Below are positions 38,604 to 47,800 of a stretch of DNA of 64,000 nt, in pieces. This stretch comes from a virus (lineage: Duplodnaviria > Caudoviricetes): IMG/VR virus record IMGVR_UViG_3300032007_000017; one strand, written 5' to 3'. A program made the translations under genes and the position numbers. Position 1 is the first letter of the stretch, and every line of letters starts with the position of its first letter. The notes under the pieces were generated by a model. That model ran no database searches. It saw nothing but the letters and a program-made list of their open reading frames with translations, and was not told where the DNA came from.

Positions 38604-39080
38604 TTATGCGAATTGAAGAATGACGTTATTAGGATCATAGCTTAGAATCTTGTAGAACAAACCTATCTTAGCAGGTTGTTCAATATAAGCATGAAGCCAT
38701 TTATAAGCATCTTCGATACTAAGTGTAGGATTCTCCATTCGCTTAATATTGATGAGATTGACTACGGTGTTTGGGTTGTTAGTAATAGCCGTAGTGATGC
38801 ATCTATTCACAAAAGACTGAATGTCTACAACAGTGAGAGTACGCTTTCCACATGATCTCTTTAAGAACGGTATAGAAAGCGACATAGAAGAGGTGCAGCC
38901 TTCATAGCCAACACCTCCTAAACCAAGATCTCCACCAGTTAGTACACCAGTGAGATCGACTGCCATAAAACCAGGGTTGTCAAAACACACATCTTTAAAG
39001 ATCATACGATCATTTAACATGTCGATCAGTGCATTTTGAAAGCCCTGATCATACATAATTCTACTAGTGACATTTTCCAT
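38604..39080 (-). CDS. Hypothetical protein
   Basis: 158 aa, AAGGAG RBS. Confidence 0.75.
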   Translation of the reverse strand: MENVTSRIMYDQGFQNALIDMLNDRMIFKDVCFDNPGFMAVDLTGVLTGGDLGLGGVGYEGCTSSMSLSIPFLKRSCGKRTLTVVDIQSFVNRCITTAITNNPNTVVNLINIKRMENPTLSIEDAYKWLHAYIEQPAKIGLFYKILSYDPNNVILQFA

Positions 39081-39099
39081 TATTACATATTACTCCTTT

Positions 39100-39813
39100 C
39101 TACCTAAAGTAAGATAAGTCTGTAGATTGATCGAAATCTACTCTATTCGTGATAGCATTGTACTGTTGTTTATTGTAGAGCATATTCAGATATCTGATTC
39201 TTATCTCAACTCTTGGAAGAATTGAGTAATATTTGTGAACAGATCCGTCTACTACTAATGTATCATCAAGCCATATGTTAGTATTAAACATATCGCAGTA
39301 TTTTTTGGCAATATTATCGAAATCTGGTTTGAAGATAGGCCGAATCAATCCTATCTCAGCTAATATTGTATCTATTCTATTATATGCTGTAGGAGTCTTC
39401 ATGTAAGCATTGATATCAATCTGGCATGGTGTGCATATAAGATGATCTAGTTGTTGCAGTTCTCCTGCATCAACCATACGTCTCATATATTTATTATCCT
39501 CAGCTCCTGTAATAGAGTAAACATGAACAAATGCTGGATTTGCTATAGCCATATTAGCAAGATTCTGCCGATTCACCAATCTAAATCTAGGACGTGGAGA
39601 CCCTTCTGGTATCTCAAAAAGAACTACATTGATATTATAGTATTCAAGAGCGCCAATCATTTGTGATTGCTTCATCATAATATCAAATGCTTGTCTTTCT
39701 GTTATATGATATTGATCATACATCCAACTGAGTCTCTCAGAATAATCTACAGGTATATTACCAAATTTAGATTCATACTCCGATGCTTTTTGTTTTCTTG
39801 ACTTGTGTGGCAT
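39100..39813 (-). CDS. RusA-like Holliday junction resolvase
   Basis: PEGSPRPRFR; KPDFDNIAKKYCD; WLDDTLVVD; KYYSILPRVEI. Confidence 0.85.
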   Translation of the reverse strand: MPHKSRKQKASEYESKFGNIPVDYSERLSWMYDQYHITERQAFDIMMKQSQMIGALEYYNINVVLFEIPEGSPRPRFRLVNRQNLANMAIANPAFVHVYSITGAEDNKYMRRMVDAGELQQLDHLICTPCQIDINAYMKTPTAYNRIDTILAEIGLIRPIFKPDFDNIAKKYCDMFNTNIWLDDTLVVDGSVHKYYSILPRVEIRIRYLNMLYNKQQYNAITNRVDFDQSTDLSYFR

Positions 39814-39896
39814 TATTTATCACCACCTATTCTATTAAACAGTTTTAATTTAAATAAAAATTAAAAATGAGACGATCATTGGATCGTCTCATTATT

Positions 39897-41828
39897 TTAT
39901 CGATTATTGGGTCTCCAAACTCTACTAATTGCATTAGCAACAGAGTTCTGAAGATTAGACCATACACCAATTCTAACAAAGTCTTTAAATCTATTCTCAA
40001 AGTTAGTAGCAATCCACATACGGATAGTTCTACCAACTTCAGGAGTATAGATATTAACTCCACACAAATTAGCGATATAGTCCATAAGAGTAGTATTATC
40101 AAGAGTATCATATCTTAAATCATTGCCCTTTGTCATAGAGATATTCTCATAAAGGTCAACAATAGAAAGATTTACATCTATTGCAGATGGAATTCCATCA
40201 GCATTCCACATACCAGAATCACCTCTGGTAACAGACATACCAGTGACAATACCCATATCAACTGTCCAGTGTCCCTTATAGATTCCTCTAACCAAGAACG
40301 GAGAACGTAAACCATTCGGATTATTCTCAATCTGTCTAGGAACAGTGAATCCAAACAGATGAAGAAACGGGACAATTACATTCAAGAATACAGAAACTGT
40401 ATCCATATCAGGACTACGAAGTTTAATAGTAACCTCATAGGGGTGGCTAAAACTAGAATCTTTCCAAATCTTCGGGAAGATCAGTTTACCACCAGTAGCA
40501 ACAGAGCTCAGATTGGTAAAGAGATTTTGAACGAATTTACTACTCGTAGCTCCAGCTACATTATTAAGCAATCCGGAAAGAGCACTCTCTCCTGTATCAG
40601 AATCGAATTCAGCAATAGCTACATTCTGAGCCATCTGAGAATAACCAAGGAAGAACATGGCTTCTTTTGCTGCATCAGATAATTGATCTGCCATTCCAGC
40701 AATAGAAGAAGCACCAACATCATTTCCAAACGACTCACTAAACTGAGTATCGGATTCAATATAGAAAGGAATAGACATATACTCTGTAGGATCAATAATT
40801 CCATTAAAGAATCCATTCAGAGTTTTTGTTGTATATTCAGACCAATCTATACTGTCGAGCTTCTTATTATCAAATACGTAATCACCAATCCCTAAAAAGT
40901 TTGCAGCAAGTCTGCAAAGAGGATTTACGTAATTATAATAATCAGCCACATTATACTCAAATGTATAATACTTTCCGGTATCAGAAAGAAGCTGATCGGT
41001 ACTAACAGTTCCTCCTCCAGAAATTAGACTGGCAAGAGAACCAAAAATAGAGTTCTTTTCTTCATCACTATAAGATCCCATGAAATTAGGAACACCAGGA
41101 GAAAGAAAGAGAATAGGCATATTCTCTACAATCTTTTTAGCATAAATTTTACCAAGTTTATCAAAACCACTATTGACATATCCAGAATAATCAGATATTT
41201 CCTCATTGGTAATTCTGGGATCGACATGTGGCATAAACTGATAAGGAGCTCCAAATATTCCAGTTATAGGTCTTGAATTAAAGATATCAAATTTTTTGCC
41301 TTCCATAGAAGAAGGCCACTTTGTAATTGATTCTACTGTAGGAAGATATCCCTGAGATGCAATAGCATAATCAGAAATATCATCTACAATATTTGTAGCT
41401 TCAAGAATATTTCCATCTTCATCATAAGAAGCAGTTACATTATAGATAGTACTATCGAGATCATCATATGAATCTATAAATGTATCTGTAAGAAATGGTC
41501 CTTCAGTACGTTCATACTCGTCTCCGCCAGTTGGAGTGGTTCCTCCAGTAGCAGTCCATACAGACTCTAAATGCCAATACTTTTTCTGATCATCATAAAC
41601 AAATAGAGTCTTATATTTATTGCCATTATATTCTTCAAACTTTTCACGTTTTATTGTCGATGTAGGAGAATTCTCACTAGTAAAGACAATTTTATTTAAT
41701 GCAGATGCTTCATATGCGCCATTCTGTAAAAGAGGTTTATCGACTGTCTTATAACCCCTTCTAGAATCCCATATATAACATGGTAATCCACGAGGATCGG
41801 TTATTTTCCAAGCTCTAATATTAGGCAT
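39897..41828 (-). CDS. Tail/baseplate structural protein
   Basis: 643 aa next to the tape measure; FPKIWKDSSF..YEVTIKL..SPFLVR..GIVTGMSV..IDVNLSIVDL tube/hub-like pattern; late promoter 41848-41859. Confidence 0.6.
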   Translation of the reverse strand: MPNIRAWKITDPRGLPCYIWDSRRGYKTVDKPLLQNGAYEASALNKIVFTSENSPTSTIKREKFEEYNGNKYKTLFVYDDQKKYWHLESVWTATGGTTPTGGDEYERTEGPFLTDTFIDSYDDLDSTIYNVTASYDEDGNILEATNIVDDISDYAIASQGYLPTVESITKWPSSMEGKKFDIFNSRPITGIFGAPYQFMPHVDPRITNEEISDYSGYVNSGFDKLGKIYAKKIVENMPILFLSPGVPNFMGSYSDEEKNSIFGSLASLISGGGTVSTDQLLSDTGKYYTFEYNVADYYNYVNPLCRLAANFLGIGDYVFDNKKLDSIDWSEYTTKTLNGFFNGIIDPTEYMSIPFYIESDTQFSESFGNDVGASSIAGMADQLSDAAKEAMFFLGYSQMAQNVAIAEFDSDTGESALSGLLNNVAGATSSKFVQNLFTNLSSVATGGKLIFPKIWKDSSFSHPYEVTIKLRSPDMDTVSVFLNVIVPFLHLFGFTVPRQIENNPNGLRSPFLVRGIYKGHWTVDMGIVTGMSVTRGDSGMWNADGIPSAIDVNLSIVDLYENISMTKGNDLRYDTLDNTTLMDYIANLCGVNIYTPEVGRTIRMWIATNFENRFKDFVRIGVWSNLQNSVANAISRVWRPNNR

Positions 41829-41890
41829 TTAAAAACACCTCCAATTTTACTAAAGTGTTGAGCAGGTATAAACCTGCTCAACAGCTTTTA

Positions 41891-44800
41891 TTAGTCGGAT
41901 GCAAGTTTCTCCATAGCAGCCACAATAGTAGCAGTGGGAGAATTTGCCAAATCGGACATATCATCATCTCCAATCAGAGATCTAAGTCCATCAATGGCAT
42001 TCTTAGATTGTTCAGCTCTAGCTTTAGCAGCACGTTTTCTTGCATTACCAGCAGCCTTTTCAAGCTTCTCATAATCAATCTGAACGCCTTTCTGAGCAAG
42101 AGCCTTCTGAACTTCAGCCAATCCTTCCGTATTGGTAGCAATGGTAGCCAAGAGTTCAATGATTGCACCAAGGAATCTATCATACATAGCTTCCTGAGCG
42201 ACCATATTATAATTATTACCAACAGTAGAGACTGTATTGGAAGTATTGATACCATACTTACGAATGATATCATTAGCCTTAGCAGATCCACCTCTACCAA
42301 ATCCCTTATAACGTCTGACCATCATAAGATTCTTCTTACGGCCATTAGTCAGGTTTCGATATGTCGGCCCTAAACCAGGACCACCATGAGACAGATCTTG
42401 GTTATTGCCAGCATACATCTCTGTATGAGACATATTACCATTATTGGCTGTCTGCTTCCAGTTGTAATACATAATATCGCCAGGCTGAAGCTTATTAGTA
42501 TCGACAAGATCACGTCCATTATTAGTGTAAATAGTCTTGAAGTTACTATCCTTAGCCTGTTGAGTCGAACTCATGTAAGCCCAACCATTGACAGAATCAC
42601 CAGGTCTGATACCAAGAGCCTTCTTATAAGCCCAAGCAACAGTAGAAGCACAAGAACCAGAACCATTATCAGGATTTTGTTTGCTTCCTTCCTGAGAATA
42701 CTTCAACTGTCCCATCTTACTAGCCATGGCATCAACAATAGACTTTTGAGTACCATTACCAGTAGAAGGAGCAATTGCATAGTTTGATGTATCTCCAGTA
42801 GAAGTAGTATTTCCACTAATAGCTCCAGATACTTTATTCTTGACATTTCTAACCACATTCATCAGGCCAGAACCAAAGATCTTATCCATCAGTGCATTAG
42901 ACTGTTCCTGAGTCTGAGAGAGAATCTGGTCAGAGATTCTATTGCCAGAAGACTGCATACTATATCCACTAGACAGATCCACAGTAGTCTGAGAAAGAGT
43001 CTTATTGAGAATATAAGATGCTATATCAGAAATCTCGATAGATCCTGCACCAACTTTAGAAGTCTTCTTAATCAGGTCATAGCAACCTTGACGACGAGAA
43101 GCATACTTACCAAAGTTCTGCAAAGCAGTCTGATGAAGATTATCAAGAGTAAGAGACAATCCTGCACTCTTACAAGCATTAATCAGCTTGCTAGCAGAGC
43201 CATACTGATTTTGGAAGTCAGCACAGTAAAGGATTGCATTCTCTTCCGATACTCCTTGCTTCTTAATTGATTCGATATATCCATCAATATTCTGCATAGC
43301 AAGGACATCCTGGCAACGTTGACCAATAGGAGTAGAGATAAGTGCACTAATCTTCTTAGATTCGCTATCATTGACGATAATACGCTTATCCCAATACTTT
43401 CTATCCTTGGTAGTAATCTCTTTATAAAGAGCTTCACCAAGAATCTCTCTAGCCTGATCTGCACCCATATTATTGATAACCATCATCATCAAATCATGAG
43501 CACGACAGCCATGCCACTGAATCTTACCAATAGAGAGAGCACCATTATCGTTCTTATTGACAGCGCCATAACGGCCACCAGCCTCAAGCTGTTCCATCAT
43601 AGCATAAGAACGTTCAGCCATCTTAGATACTCTAATGGTATTTGCTTTTCCTCCACGGAACTTTCCGAAACGGAACTTAGAAGATCTAGCTTTACCAGCA
43701 GTAGGCATACCAACAGTAGTATCATTAAGAACCTTATTTGCCGGATACTTATAAGAAGAACCAGGCAGATCAGGATCTTCAGCAATGATATTACCTTGCT
43801 TATCAGTACCCATTGCAGTAATATAGTGATCACCAGATCCAAAAGGAGTACCATTCTGACCATTGGAATGTCCAAGTAAGAATGTAGGAACTCCAGCACG
43901 AATCTTCTTCATAAGATCTCGCTTATTAGAAGTCTGATATCCTCCAAAGAGATCAGTAAAGTAATCAGGAGAAACAGATCCATCAGAATTCTGGTATCCA
44001 GTAGCAAAGTTTGCAGCAGCCGCAAGACCATTACCACCACCAGACATCTTATTCATCAGATTTGCTGCAGCAACAGGACCGCATCCAGCTTCTCCAAAAG
44101 TAGAGTTACCAAACTTAAGTCCAGAGATTGCAGGATCATTCTGATAAATATGACCAAATCCTCCATTACGACGATCTTTCGAACGTCCTTTTCCATACTT
44201 ATTACCAACCTTATAAGTTCCATTGCCTTGGGATTCAAGGATATAGTCTTGAGATCCTTTAATTTCAAGGCCAAGCTTTATACCATCCCCTCTAGAGAGT
44301 TTTACATGCATGACTCCAGAACTATCTACCCATGCAGTTTTCTCAATAGAAGTAGTACCGCTTTGATTGATAATAGTGACTTTAAAACTACCTCCAGATT
44401 TAGGAGAAGGTTTACCAGAAGTAGTAGGAGTAGCTATATTATTGCCAGTAGATTTATTATACTGAGCAGCCATACTATAGCTACTAGCATCATCGATAGC
44501 ACCGCTCTTAACAGCACTATCAAACTTTGCATCTGTAGCAAAGGCAGGCCAATCAGAAATATCACCATTCCAACCAAAGAAACCGCAAATATATTCAAAC
44601 TGACCAGGAAGTTTCTTAGCACTAATCTCGACTTTAGCAGTATACTTTCCATCAGAAGTTTCATAAATACTTCCTCCGATAGAAGCACCACTGAAAGACA
44701 AAACGAGTCCAAGAACAGCTCCACCGATAAGAACAGGAAGTCCGATAGGAGCTCCAACTCCACTAGCGGTAAGACCAGCACCAGTTGCAGTAGCTGCAGC

Positions 44801-47800
44801 GGCTGCGGCGGAGGCACTAGCAGCCCATGCTGTCATGCCTACAGCAACACCTGCTCCAACAGCAGCACCAGCAGTAACATAATTTCCCTTATTATCACAA
44901 TAGTATCCATAAGTAATAATATTACTCATTTGGCCATTGGCATAAGGAATGATAATATACTCACCACTAGTCTTGCAATAGATAGAAATTGTACCTTGCT
45001 TATCGTCACCCTCCTGAAGAAGTTTAAATTCTCTACCGTAAATATCCTTGGCTTCTGTCTTAAAATTATGACCAGATCCATTACCCCAGATATTATTCTT
45101 CATACGATTAAAACTCGTAGAATTATCATAAGTAGATGTAACAGATCCATTCTCATTAATCTTTTTACTTCCGATAGCAGCAAGAAAATCATTCTCAGTG
45201 GATTTATTTCTATTTTGCCACCAATTATAGAGAGTTACTCCAAGGCGAGTCATGATAGGTTCAATAACGATATCATTGAGTTTGGTCCATCCAGACTTGA
45301 ACCAGTTTAAAACACCGCCGAAAACATTCTCCCAGAAGGTACCTTCTTTAATCCATCCAATGACTTTCTTAAAAGGATCGATTATCTTTTCTTGGACCCA
45401 GGATGCAACTTTGGGGAACATTCCCTTTATTCCACCCTTACCGTCCTTACCTTCCCAGATATTACGGAAGAATCCTTTAACTCCACCATTGCCGTCTTCG
45501 CCTTCCCAGATTCGCTTAGCAATCGGCTTGACTGCGGGCCAAACGACTCTTTGAACGAAATCAACAAGATGGCCAAGTGCTGCACCTCCAACAAGAACTC
45601 CAGCGCCTACTTTAAGAATCTTCTTTACGACTCTAAAGAAACCATTTTCAGAAATCTTATGAATTAATCCAAAGATACCAATTCGATCCTTTTTCTGAGA
45701 ACGTTCAACACCTTCTTCATCAGGACCGATAATGGCTTCTTTTACTTTCTCAATAGGAGACATAGTCTCCTTCTTGATCTCTCCAGTGCCATCTTCCTTA
45801 TAGCCTAAATACTCAGCTATCTTAGTTACAGGATCAATTACTCTATCAAATTGGCTCTTCATAGCCTCGATAACTACATTCTCAGGCTTAGCAGCTTCAG
45901 CCTCACCATTAGCTTTGGCTTCAGCTTCTGCGGCACCTTTTACATCATACTCTTTGTTGATAAGACGACTAAGCTTACGAATATTACCAAATCCACGTAC
46001 ACCAAATTTAGCTCCAATGCCTTTCATTGCTTTTGCACGAAGGTCTCGTACATTAGCAAGATTATCTTTCTCTTTAGAGATATTAAGTGTAATCTCTTTG
46101 ATATTCTCGAGGAATTCATTTCCTTCCTCAGCCGTAAGCTTTCCACGACGTACAAAGACTCTGATTTCGCTTTCGACTTCATCAAAACGACCTTTAGAAA
46201 CAGAAACATGAACTTTCTTTATATTTCTATTTCCACAAAGATTATATCTAGAATATCTATGATCAACATCGCTGGGTTGATTAAAGAATTCGGAGATATA
46301 TCCTCCAGCCTTTTTAACAAGGTCACCGATCTTCTTACCCATATGCTTACGAGCATTAAGAGCAAGAGCAGTAGATTCTTTCCAGATAGCAAGCTCACCA
46401 GAATTCATACTTTCTAACTCAGTATCAGCCTTATTAAAGGCATCAATGCCACCAGTACGGAAAGGATGAGCAGCTCTAAAGGATTTGCGCTCTGCAGCAG
46501 ACATGTTATCTGCAGAACCACCTTTAACCTGATTGGCAGTGATTCTATTTGAGATTCCTCTCATAGCAGCAAAAGGAGCATTTATAGCACCCTTTGCAAT
46601 CTTACCAGGAAGCCAGAGAGCGCCTTTAGCTAACTTAGCAGCATTACCAACAATGGTATGACCGATAAAGTCAACTAATGGCTTACCAGAAGTGCGTTCC
46701 CCAAGCCATGCAAAGAATCTAGAGAAATTATCTCCAATATTTCTGACTCCATTGAAAATGCGTTGAGTTATACTCTTCAGAAACATTGCAGTTGAAGGAA
46801 TAACTGTCTTTTCAAGGAAATTCTTACCTTGTGTAAGAATCTCTAATCCAAGACGTTTAACAGGAAGAACAAGTCCTCCATAGAGAGCGCCTACAAGCCC
46901 ACCAACTCTATGCTTCTTGCCAGTTTCATCAGTTTCTTCTTTACCAAGAATAGCATTCTTGAAAGCATCTGTTGTAGTGGCAAATCCAAGAGCCGAACCC
47001 ATAACAGCATTGCCAAGAAGACCAAAGGGTCCAAACAATGCAGCACCAGCGGCTCCAATAAGCATAGAGGGAGCAGCTTTCTTAAGCTTCTCTCTAAATT
47101 CCTTCTTAAAGAGACCGTCCTTCTTATCGGGACCGAGTTTATCATTACCCCATAAGAACTCTTGGAATTTATCATTCTCCTTAGCGAATCCGACAGCAGC
47201 ACCCATCATGGTTCCACCAATCAGACCCATAGGAGTCAGAAGACCAAGAAGTCCTCCAGCGATACCAAAGTCTCCCATAGTAGGAAGATACTTATTAAGT
47301 TTCTTCTGGAGTTTCGGAGGAATTAAGCCACCCTTATGATCAACAACATTACCTTTCTCATCAGTAACGTCTTCACCAAAGAGAAGTCTCTGAACAGTTT
47401 GACTATTCTTAGCGATACCAACTGCAGAGCCAACAGCAGCACCAAGAAGAGGACCACCAACTACTCCAGCAAGAGTAGTAAATCCTCCACCAATGAGTGT
47501 AGATGCTACTACATCAGCGATACCTTTACCACCAGATCCCTTGGAGACTTCTTTTGCTACTTTCTTAATAGTCTCTTCGGTCTGTTTAGCTTGATCGGCT
47601 GCTTGCTTAGCCTTATCTTTTGCCTTACCATGATATCCCCGATAGAAGTCAGAGCCATATGCATAGTAATTAACTCCATGGAGGCCATGAGCTCTAGCAA
47701 AAGCTCTTTCAGCAGCTAAGTCACTATGCTGACGATTACGATTATTCGGGATAATTCGTTCTCCAGGAGAGACGACAGCTAAACCACGACGAGTAATAAG

